Assembly: GCA_000934665.2 (NCBI GenBank)
Contig: KZ538439.1
Span: 50,159 to 70,158, forward strand
Length of the DNA stretch: 20,000 bases
Reading direction: 5' to 3'
Origin: Catajapyx aquilonaris
Taxonomy: Eukaryota
Shown: positions 9,546-20,000 of the stretch, one piece after another
How positions within the stretch are numbered: position 1 is the stretch's first letter
Layout: each line of letters opens with the position of its first letter
Program-made: the position numbers and the translations under genes
The notes under the pieces: model-generated
Seen by the model: the letters and a program-made list of their open reading frames with translations, nothing else
Databases searched by the model: none
What the model was told of the DNA's origin: nothing

Positions 9546-12500
9546 GAAATTGAGGCTTCCGAGCAGTTATGGGGGGCTTAACATTGGTCCTGCAATTTAA
9601 AAGGAGTATAAAACTCAAATTTCAAACATACGATGTATCGCAAAGTTTCTACTTTCAAACACAGCTCACTGACAAAATCCACATGCATGTTTCGGACACG
9701 GTAACATACCTGCACACAGAAGGCACATGGGAATCATTTTCCACTAATTACCATGGAGGTTTGAAGTACGGTGAGGGGAAAAAAACCCGGACCCAGCATG
9801 CAATTGAAGCTATGTTTGCCGTGCTGCAATGTTTAATCGCGATGCTAAAAATTTCGCCGCTTTTATTAGAGCGCTGATTAGCCCACTTTCAAAACTGGAT
9901 GTCATCAAATACAGTGGCCTGAATTATGGATGCGGAACTGTCGGGTATGCCAGGCAGTAGCAGATGTGCAACCTGCGACTACACTTAGCCGGTATGTCAG
10001 TCAAGAGAGGAAACCCTGAGATCGAATCAATTCTCCGTTTCATCTTGTGCTTCAGGGCCTTCTTGGTCCTTCCTTCTGCTAATCCAATCCCTGCTTCTAA
10101 TTAGGCCATCAGCTGAAGGTCGTCATTCAAGCATCGCGTGCTGTGTACTGTACTGTACGCACTAGTGCGCGTAATGTGCAGTATCGCACCCCTGACGCCA
10201 CATGACCCGCAAAGCGTGACGAACGACAATCTGCTATGTGTCTAGGGACATTGGAGACCCCTGGAGGATGGAACCGACAACTCGTACATAATTGATATGA
10301 ATCGGCAGTGTGGAAGATCAATTTCTTCATCATGGAAGTCATCAGTTCCAGCCAAATATTGTGGTGTCGCAGTGTTGGGGGGGGCATAAACCGAACGCAA
10401 AAAAACATAACCGGAGCATCGCTTAGCGACGGTATACGATTGCTATCAGACCCGTCGGGGCAAAAAACCTATACACACAATCACACTTTGAGCAATCATC
10501 ATGCGATCAGCCAGGGCAAACAAAAACAAACCCTAAATCAATAAGTGCTGTAGTCGTTTCTTTCGTTCCGCCAACATTGCCAGCCCCGCTCTCCATTTCC
10601 AGTTCTTATAACTTTTGCCGCATTGGATGCTGTGCGCGGAACAGAATCCGATAAGTGTTATAGGTTTAAATGTTACTATCTGACACAAAAAACTGAGCTC
10701 TTTTCAGGTTGCAGGTAGCTGGAATGTTATGCAATAAAAATGGTGTGTCACATTGTGTCACGGTATTTATCGTCAACATCCCTTGCTTTCCTACAGTATT
10801 GTGTTCCAGTTCATGCACAGATTGTCAAAGCCAAACAAAGTGATGGTAATTGGGTGTGCAATTAAATAAAATTATAATGATCCCCCAGAATGCTTCAATC
10901 TGCGCATTATTCATTGCGAGGCGCTAAAACATGAATCCTCCTAGTGGTCCGTGACTTCTTTCTTTAACCCCCTTGACGCCCTCTCTACTGTACTACAGGT
11001 ACTTATCAGATAGCAGTGCCACCTTTTCCCAACCACAGTGTCATCGACTCAAATCCTGACCTTAATATTTCCTCCTTATCGCTCCTTACAATGTTGTGAC
11101 AGCCAGTATTGGATATTGGTCTTTCCGTCTCGTTCAAGCACATTCCAGCTAAAGAAGTTTCAAGCTTGTCAAATTATGACACTAATGCACCCAAATAAGT
11201 GACAAACTATTAACCCTTGCACTTATATCCGTCACGCGCATATTTGTTGGAGTCAGTGTTTTCCTACGGAATATGTTGTGTTCCCTAAGGAGACAGAAGC
11301 AAAACAAAATGAAAAGGACAGGTGTAGTGTGGGTGCGGCACACGTGTCCACACGCGTAAACAGCGCCATTTGAGGCGGGCACGAGAGTGAATGCATCTCA
11401 TTACTATGCCAGGAGCTAATGGGAGCGATGGCGACCCACTTAGGCCAACTCCCTGCCGACAACACAGCCTACTTAATAATTTCGGCTACATCTGCCTGCC
11501 TAGCGGCGGACGCAGGAGGCGGAGGAAAAGGCTTTAAATTGAAATATGGCCACCCCTGATACTTTGCCCCCTTTACTTCGCATCACTGCGCAGCTGCAGT
11601 ACGGACACATTTTCTGTGAAAACAGCCCTGCTTTGTCAAAGTGTTATGTCAGAGTGCAGAGAGAGGGATTTTGCCTCAGAGGGAGAGGGCTGCATACACA
11701 CTCACACACATTGGGTTGATGTGCACCCTTTCGGACAGTACTTTGTCCAATTTGGTTCCAGGCCCCCCGAAAGCCACAAATACGTGTAATTAAGTTGTTA
11801 TCAAACGTGCAATCGTGTGACTACTAAACACAAGGCTGCATTATCCGCGGATAATTGAATCTACCGCACGAAGCCCCGGTACTTCAGACCGTTCTGTTTG
11901 TTTCACTATTTATCAGACCAAGTGCTGCGTGGTTTATAAATCATCCTGCGTGGGGGTTTTTTTTAGGTGCGTGTGTATGTGTGTGTCAGTGGGCGTTATT
12001 CGTAGAATGCTGCCATTTTCGCCACCACTAGTTCATGTGAAATGTACAGTCTCATCAAATGTTGGGCCACAAAATTGAATGTCAAAGCATTGATTTGGAT
12101 GCGTTCTTCTCTTTGAAGCCTCACTAGAAAATGGAATGTGATATTCATGATTAATTCTGCGCGAGCCTCATTTGAATAACTTGAGCCACCAGCCTTCTGG
12201 TCTCATCAGCACGACATGTGGAACATGTGTGCTTATCACATATTGTGTCTTGAACAAAACTGTATCCCTTCACTAGCAATTACACACTTTCACGCAGACG
12301 GACTAGCGGAACCAACCGTGTGGGGGTAGACCCAGAATTAATGAAAAGTCAATGGCGAGTACATTTGTCATTCTTACCCTGGAAAGGCCTCGCATGTTAT
12401 TAAGATATTTGGCTTAGAGCGAGCAAGAGGAATGGCGGTGGGAAACGCCAAACACGTTGTCGGATCTGACTCCAACGTATATATACCACTGGCCTGTAAT

Positions 12501-12895
12501 AATCAGACTCTAATAATGGCGACACTAGCCTCTTCCATGAACCTTCTGACCAAAAGTCCCCGTGACTGCTAATATACCATCGGACCAGCCTGGTGTGTGC
12601 ATGCCTTTGCGTTTTTGGAGTTTAGGTCAGGAAAATGAATCGAATTCCTTCTTCAGACACGATCGCCTGGGTGCACACACTGTTGCCCAATTTACGAGCA
12701 AGGATATTGCGACTTGCCCAATGTAATTTTTGCACAAATGTGTGCTAATTTTGGGAAGAATTATTGGATCGTATTTACTATTGTTGCTTAGTGTGGGGGT
12801 CACGACAAGGGTGAAGTGTAATGAAAACTCCTGCACGTTTGCTGGCGGTGTGTGTTGTGTTATTAGATGAAGTCGCGCGGCGCCATTAGGCTTAG

Positions 12896-13580
12896 GTGCA
12901 TAATGCAAATGGAAGGTTGGTGCAATATGCATAATCCGGGCGATCAGGATGCATATTTGAGGGAGCAACTTGTCTGCCCGCATGATCATGACGGCGGCAC
13001 TGATGATGACTGGGGACCCAGGCAAACAAACATCACCTGATTGTTGTATTAATTTCAACACCCGATTTACATGCTCGTAATTCGCGCACTGTGTGTGGGC
13101 TTTTCTCTTTTGCAGATTAAACTGCGCCAAACATGACGGGGGCAACTCTGATTATTATTTCACGCCGCAATTAATTTAGTGCTAATTTTTAACACCGCAT
13201 TGTTGATTAATTGTATGACTCCCGTAAGCCAGTCTAAATGTGCAGACTCAATAGAAATCCGTTCCAACTTGAAATGAAACGGGTTTTACGATCAGCATTT
13301 CCTCCGCATAAAACTTGGGTTGGTGCAACTTTTTCTGTTGGATGCCATTTTTGGTCCAACCACTTTGTTTACATCTCTCTGCCTTGTTACCCACTACAGT
13401 GCTCCTAGACATGCCTATAAGTGTGAAATTTTACGAGTGAATACTGTATAGGCCTGCGAGTAGAGAAATAATTAGCGACAAGTGAATATTTTTCCCAGGC
13501 GGAACCGATTCTGCCAAAATGGGCTGTCAAGTCTGACGCTAATAGGCCTAATTAATCCGCCTGATTACATATTTGCATTA
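12896..13580. promoter_or_regulatory. Enhancer-like cluster of POU octamer and homeodomain motifs
   Basis: ATGCAAAT 12903-12910, ATGCATAAT 12927-12935 overlapping TAATCC, ATGCATAT 12949, TAAT-rich tracts 13168-13213, CTGTCA 13524, CTAATTAATCC 13548-13558, ATTTGCAT 13571-13578. Confidence 0.35.
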
Positions 13581-14442
13581 GATTAGTGTCGTTTTCATGG
13601 GCCATTGGTGTCATTGGCCGTATTATCCAGTCATTACTCGCCTGCTTGTCTATTTTATTGCAGCTGTGATTACTTTTCTCGGGCCCGAAAACTTGTCGAT
13701 ATAACGAGAAGCAGCCAAGTGCGCATTTCTGTTGGAAATTTCCCAGCCTGACAAATCTAACAGACCTCAAACATTGTGTCAAGGTAAAGAGACTAATATA
13801 TCGATTTGCATCGACACCTGGGCGACGGCGTTGTCAGATCGAGACTACCTGGCACCTGCAGTACATTTCAACTCCGCCCCATCCATACCCCCCCATGTGT
13901 ATATACATACGGCTGGTGCATTACGCGTATAACACACTGTAATTGGACGGACTCTGCGTCAGGGCGCGTGTGTTATCTACGTAATTGACAAGTAGTGAAA
14001 AATAGCTGGCTGGCTGGCTAGCTGCGGCTGGGGGCAAACAAAAATGCCATGTGCAGATGTATTGCGCCTGGATTTCAAATTTACAGGGCAGCTCCAGCCT
14101 AATAAAGAGTAAGATACACTCGACTCCAGACCAGACTGGAAAATTCGTTTTCTGAAAAGCCACCACGATACAAGATCCAACCCTTTGTGCCCAGAGCATT
14201 TTCTTCAGGTGTCATTGGCAGCGGGACACTTTCACACCAGACGCCTCTTTTGGGTCCCTTCCAGCGATATTTTACTGGAGATGGGTAGAGAAAAAAATAG
14301 CAGTTATGCGGTTCTGATGCCGTCTGCTTTTGGCGTGGTTTGAAAGTATGAAGATGACCCGGTTGGTATATGTCCAGGTCTTCCGGATTTGCATTCCACA
14401 TGCGAATAACCTCCCTAAAAATAAAAATAAAAGTACAATGGC

Positions 14443-14730
14443 CCGGAAGCACGTGACGATTTCCTGCTTCTTTGGCTGGAAGTGGATCAAATTTATATAA
14501 AAAAAGCTGGAAAGAATCTCTTTTATTCCCTGTGAAAGTGCCAAGGTGTCACTTACGTAATGAATCTAGCCGGGTTGAAAACACAACAAAGAGTTTGGTG
14601 TGTGTGGTGGTGGGAGGGTAGGATTTATATATGGGCGAGCAGGCCCTTCAGACTATCGCTCCCGCCGGAAAATAGATCGCCGTCACGTAATGGGAAAAAT
14701 AGGCTCGCAGCCCAGCGCGGGAATTTCTGC
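14443..14730. promoter_or_regulatory. Putative TATA-containing promoter region
   Basis: ETS CCGGAAG (14443-14449) abuts the USF/MiT-type E-box CACGTGAC (14450-14457). TATATAAAAA starts at 14494, with Inr-like TTATTCC (A at 14525) about 30 bp downstream. A second TATATAAAT lies on the minus strand near 14623-14632. E2F-like TCCCGCCGGAAAA and GCGCGGGAA and bZIP-like GTCACGTAA occur in 14660-14725. Confidence 0.4.
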
Positions 14731-16386
14731 CTGAAAAATAATGCACGCGGGATGGATCAAACGGGATAGAAACAAATGACTGCGGCGCCGTCCCTACCCT
14801 TACGCAGCATCTATCTTCCGGACCCAGGAATATGACGCTCTCAAATAGTTGCTGCTGGATACATGAAAATGTCACCATATGCAATCGGCATAGTAGCCAT
14901 CTTGTAGCCTAACCTCAGGAGAGACAATAAATGCCAACTAGCTTTAATAATAATATAGTGTGCGCAATCAGTCGGTAATATATAAATGACTTTGCAGGGA
15001 TATAATTTATGCCGGGGGGTTCGTTATAAACAGAGTGGTTTGTTTAGTGCCCGTTTGATTGGCATAAATATTGGCGTACATATAAATTAAATAACAAAAT
15101 GTGGCAATTGCATGTCATTAATCAAAACAATGCATAAATCACGCGGACTCCATTACCATATTTTGTGACGTGACTCCAGGGTGCTTAAATAAATTTCTCG
15201 GTACGCAACCCCCTACAAATGAGTCGTGTGCGGTTACAATAACGCCACGCTTATTAAAGCCTTCGCTCGAAAGGAGAACTGTACCGCCAAGTCGTATAAA
15301 GCGAATCAATTTTTACACCATATTTAATAGAGCTCCGCATCAACATGCTGCACATCTTGAAAGCCAATGCGGTAGGAATACTTGAAATTCTGGAGCACGT
15401 ATATTCACACAAAAGCCTGCTTAAAATCAAATGACTCAGTTGTTTTATTTCTATACGAATTTCATGGTGCACAAAAGCCTATTATACTATATGCATGGAT
15501 ATCAGACTTGGATTTTTTTCCACCTACGTAGAGAGCACTTTTTGGGCGGAAAGTTGGCAGGGTTGCAAGCCACCGCCAGCTATTTTTGAAACGGATTCCA
15601 ACTCCAGCATTAAGTGTAGGGGGGCCTCTCCACCAATTTTGCATACCTTCTCTTCATGGTCAGCCCACTCGACCATGCCCCAGCACGCAAGCTGCTTACA
15701 CACACTCAACTGCACTCTAGGCACAAATATAGACTTAGAATCCTCCCCGCAGATTCCAACCCCTTTGCACCTTCCAGCATTAAACATTAACAATTTGCAG
15801 GCCATTATCTCATTTGTCTTGCTAATGGAGCATGAGACCCTCTATTCTTGCTTGCAGGTAATTCTTTTTTTTACAGGTACCGGTATGCCTTTTTTTCAGG
15901 TGGTCTGTCCCCTTTTCCGCTTGCATCAGGCGGCCACAGTTGGGACCTGTGAATGATTTATTCCCATTTGGTGGTGTGCATAGTGCATCAACGGGCACTC
16001 GAATCTTCCTCCAGTACCAGCCCATTTCAACCCAGCCGATTCTCACGGCGTCTGCGGATTAACTTCGAATCAGTTTCGAATGTCGCTCTCATGCAATAAT
16101 AACGCTCCAGGCCTGTTTTCATACATCCAGGAAGAGCTGCTCTTGAACGGTAAAAAAAAATCTGTCGATACCGGTACGCCAACATTATAATCTGGCTCGA
16201 AAATACCTTGGAAATGATTCAGACTTTTTTTTGGATCACTTTAAAATTAATTACGTCAACAGTAATCAGTATGTATGGATCTTTTTTAAGGCCAAACTAT
16301 TGAAATTGCGCAAGTCGTGAATCGCTGCGAGAACGAGCTGCAGCACTGGTGTAGGACACACGCTTGTTTGTGGCAGCAAGCAACCA

Positions 16387-16523
16387 CCGGGTTAGGTTTA
16401 AGGCCAGGCCTAAGTGAAATTCCTCCTTGCCGGGCCTTAAATATAGTCCCTCGGGAGAGTGGGTTTCACTTAGGTCCCTCTTAACTATGCATGGGAGGAG
16501 TTACGGGCGCAAACTTAGCCCCG
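16387..16523. repeat. Cluster of interleaved inverted repeats (decayed MITE or structured element)
   Basis: TTTAAGGCC (16397-16405) / GGCCTTAAA (16433-16441); CCTAAGTGAAA (16409-16419) / TTTCACTTAGG (16464-16474); imperfect outer pair CCGGGTTAGGTTT (16387-16399) / AAACTTAGCCCCG (16511-16523). Confidence 0.7.
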
Positions 16524-17859
16524 TCCTCTTCCTCGGGCCGCAAGCCTGATTACCCACAAGCACCTGCTCCCATCCACTCTCAGCTCTCCGCCAAAACGTG
16601 GCTCCTGCTGCTCCACCAGGAGGCCTATGCAAATCTCCTCTCACTTCGCTTCACACTTACATTCTTTCCGGGACCACAAAATGCGGTACTAGCTATTTCC
16701 AACCTGCTTGCTACCTGTGTGCTTCCACTCGGATTTAGTGGGACACAGTACACTACAAACACTCATTCACGGCTATTTTAGACGATGTTATTTGCGTACT
16801 GGAAGGCTGGAGGAACACTAAAAAATGCAGAGAGAAGTCATTCCATATGAATGACTTACTTTTAGCCATTTAAACAAAGAGTTTCTTCAACGCTCTTTTA
16901 CAGCCGGACTGAAAAAAAATTAATGAGGGCAATCTTCTGGTAGGAAGTGCTTGTTATGAAAATATTACTATTCATAAGGCGGCTGTGGATTTCAATAATT
17001 GCAAGTCGCGCGTTTTAAAATTCTGTCTGTTTATTGCGCCAGTGTTCTGAGGATGAAGACAGCAGAAGAAAAGAAAGGCAAATACGGTGCCTCCTTATCT
17101 CCGTGTGTGCACAAAGAATAGGGAACCACGTTTTGTTGCACTTTAATGTGCAGCTTGAGGCATCATCTGGCGAATTACCTTTTGGAATGGTCCACAAAGA
17201 GTACGTCTTTTTCTTTTGCGAGGAAGAAACAACTTGAAGGCAGTACTATAAGCTAGAAAAGTCTGCGCCTTCTTTTCACTCCCGGAGACTTTGTCTCGGC
17301 GCAGACTGGACTTCTTTGCTGGCACCAACAGAGCATTTATCACTCCAACATCTACTTTAAGTTCTCAGCCTGCACTTCTTTTCTGCTGGTTGCTGTCAGC
17401 CCAGAGTTATACAGCGGGTGTTGACGATTTTATTTTCCCGCATATTAGCCACGGGCAGGTTTCGCAAAACGCGTGTAAATTTTCATGTTCGAATTGTTAA
17501 AATGACGCGCTATATGAAACTGTGTATGCAGCAGTCCTGCGCCAAACTCTCGGTTCAGCATATAGCTGCCGGTGTTGACACAAACACTCGAGCACACAAA
17601 TGCCCAGCTTTAAAACGGAGGTACAGGAGATTACCCATAGAAATAGCCTGGTACTAGTACTACACATAGCAGCAGTGCGAAACACCATCCGCAATGCCTC
17701 ACAACTCACCGAGACTGCCAAGACGTGCCAAGAATCCCTCAGTGATCTGACATGCCCCAGCAAACGTGCCGGTGCCTGCCTTGCCGAGCCCTCCGATCCA
17801 AGTCCGTTATTTTATACCCCCCCTACTTCCAAACAAGAATGAACAAGTCACATCCACTC

Positions 17860-18045
17860 GCGCACCCGGAGTGTGTGGTACCGCATCGTGCCGGTCCTCG
17901 CGGGCTCTACGGCGTCTACCGGTGGAATGACTTGCCGGCCAAATCGGCCCACTCTCTGGCCCGGCCCCCTACCCCCCCGCTCGCGAGACTCGTCTTCGAA
18001 GAGGCGCGCGCGCAACCACTATTATATGATACCACTATATACCTA
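17860..18045. promoter_or_regulatory. GC/CpG-rich island, promoter-like
   Basis: About 69% GC over 17881-18000 (83/120) against a ~42% background. Contains GCTCGCGAGA (17979-17988; BANP/ZBTB33-like TCTCGCGAGA), GCGCGCGCGC (18004-18013), a C-rich Sp/KLF-like tract, and AT-rich TATA-like motifs at 18020-18042. Confidence 0.45.
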
Positions 18046-18396
18046 CACTAGTCTTCTTCCTATGTAACCAAGACAGACGCAATGACTGTTCGAAGTAGAC
18101 GTGCTGCCTGCTGGAACCGTACTTTTGCACTGATGTTTGTTTGGTTTGACCTCGGGGCCGCCCACGTGGATGCTGCATTCCAGCGGCTTCTCTCAAAGAT
18201 ACGGTTTCGGATACCACCTTCGCTGCTTCCCGTTTTATCCTGGCTGGCACGAGCTGTGGTGGGGACCAGTCTCGTTATTTCTCTGAGTCATCAGCCCCTG
18301 GTTGAGAGGCTTGCTCTTGTAGTCGAGAGTCTCACTTGGAGGTTACAGCGTGTGGCTTGTGTAGTACTTTGGGCTTACGGGCACTTCTGTTCTTAC

Positions 18397-18572
18397 CTGT
18401 TCTAGTATGTAATCTGCAGGAGTGAGGCTTTCTGTGGGTTGGGCTCGTCACCCAGGTTATGTTCAGGCGGATGGGCCTACCGTAGCAGCCTGCAGGCATG
18501 GTGTCTAACGCGATTAGTGTCTTGAATCTGTTAGGCATACATGTGGATTTCTGACACACTACTCAAATGCAC
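18397..18572 (-). other. Candidate 176-nt exon (UTR or non-coding, or a first coding exon)
   Basis: Minus-strand acceptor ...ATTTTTTATTCCATTATCATCTCGGTTTCATGTCAG| and strong donor CAG|GTAAGA. All three frames close near the 5' end, but an internal ATG opens MPNRFKTLIALD...LHTRT through the donor. Confidence 0.35.
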
Positions 18573-18663
18573 CTGACATGAAACCGAGATGATAATGGAA
18601 TAAAAAATGATTTTAGTTAAATGAACCTCTCAATGTAAAAAAACTTCACGATGCTGTTCATCC

Positions 18664-18708
18664 TCATCATCATCATATTCATCACGCCCCCCCCCCCCTC
18701 AAAAAAAA
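18664..18708. repeat. Low-complexity tract: (TCA)n, C12 and A8 runs
   Basis: TCATCATCATCAT, followed by a 12-C run (18687-18698) and an A8 run (18701-18708). Confidence 0.85.
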
Positions 18709-20000
18709 CTGGGGTGCCAGCGGATAACGAGGAGATCCTCGCTATCCTCATACATGACCAATATATTATAAAGCCATTCTGGAGACTGGTCAGGTACTCG
18801 CAGAAATGGGGGGATACAAAAGAATGCCGACTGTTCGGGCTGTTGACTTAATAAATAAATTACAGAAGATTGAAGTGACGCCGATAATCCAGAATAAAAT
18901 ATTATTTTATAATAGCTACTGTAGGTATGCTAATAACTGTATACTTATAAGCAGATATTTGTCATTTAATTTTTGAGTGTACTTTTGCCCATATTTGCAA
19001 TCTTCTCTGTGCTTATTCTCCGCCTTGAGGTGGATTACTACACATAACTGGGTGTTTATTTTTTAGCATAGGTTATGTTCATATTCTTCACAACCGCGAA
19101 TTGATAAATGAATTTCAACCAGATTCGTATTACTTAAATGCTGAGGTTTGCCTGTATAGTGTGCTCCAGCCCACTTCACTTTTTAATAGTAGCCTACTTG
19201 GTCTCACAAATATTTCTGCAGTAGTACTAGAGCTACAGTGCGTATTGAGAGGAAACTCGTCCAAATGTTTTCAAATAAAACCGGCTAATTCCCATTACCA
19301 GTGCAATGAACTGATACAGACACGATCATGCATGCAGCACTGTACTATTCCCATCTGGACATGTGCAACGCCTTATACGTACATCATGCCCTGGAGAATG
19401 AAATATTGGGCAAATTCTGAAATCCTAATTATGTGAAGCAAATTAATTTAAAATTTGACAAGGTATCAAAATGTTTCATACCAGTTTACACATGAGACCA
19501 AACCATGATGTACATGCTGAATTCTGGGAGAATCCCTGAGCAAAATCTCACACGTGCTTTCAGCATCAAAATGTGACTTCAGCAAAATCATTTTTTGTTC
19601 ATAAAAGGCAACGGTACCAGCACTTGAAAAAATGAAAGCACTGGTGTAATAAAGCTATTTCATACTTTAAAAATATGAATCGTGGTAATTAGTACCGGTA
19701 GTTATTAATAAGTGATCGAACAGATAACGTTCTTTAGTTAATTTCCAGGTTATATTCGCCCCTATGGTACTTGCATGTCATCTGCCTTGAAGTCTGCTCG
19801 AAGTGGATCACTACATACTACACGTAACTCAATAATAATTTTTTGCTCTGGTAACCGTCAGCTCAGATTCTCTAGATATAGAGGTACAATAATATCCCTC
19901 ACAACATCTCACTATGCTCAACGAAGCACAAAATCTGCGACGGAAACCAGCTCATCGGAGTGTCTGCCATAGCAACAGCCTGGATCAGTTGCTAAACATA

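Noticed and set aside
11840..11855. Perfect 16-bp palindrome ATTATCCGCGGATAAT
   Set aside because: Roughly 0.3 such palindromes are expected by chance in 20 kb, and nothing else supports it.
12212..12230. Paired CATG, p53-like site
   Set aside because: The cores are 9 bp apart rather than 10 and the flanks do not fit RRRCWWGYYY.
12627..13145. Longest ORF (172 aa, minus strand)
   Set aside because: Non-ATG start, no recognisable domain, atypical composition. The length is plausible by chance in 20 kb, and it overlaps the motif-dense non-coding block.
15495..15956. 153-aa plus-strand ORF
   Set aside because: No recognisable domain; it runs through poly-T tracts and splice-like motifs.
17043..17200. 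Possible plus-strand coding exon (CSEDEDSRRK...MVHKE)
   Set aside because: One frame is open between a weak acceptor and a GTACGT donor, but the peptide is unrecognisable and no partner exons can be supported.

Overview
This is eukaryotic, essentially non-coding DNA (roughly 40-44% GC by eye, CpG not strongly depleted). The composition is compatible with an invertebrate animal genome such as amphioxus or an echinoderm, but that is inference only. None of the six-frame ORFs resembles a protein family I recognise, and I see no rRNA, complete tRNA, CRISPR array or operon structure. The best-supported features are two non-autonomous DNA transposons (MITEs): a 127-bp near-palindromic Harbinger/Tourist-like element at 4609-4735 and a ~330-bp element at 7197-7525. 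There are also short tandem repeats, three promoter-like motif clusters (~9.0-9.5 kb, ~14.4-14.7 kb, ~17.9-18.05 kb), two homeodomain/POU-rich enhancer-like blocks, and several isolated splice-signal pairs including microexon candidates. The most unusual observations are a crossed inverted-repeat (pseudoknot-topology) element at 16.4 kb, an excess of TA-bounded motifs resembling transposon excision footprints, and stacked AG|GT splice motifs. I cannot demonstrate a novel biological system from this window; the findings are testable leads.
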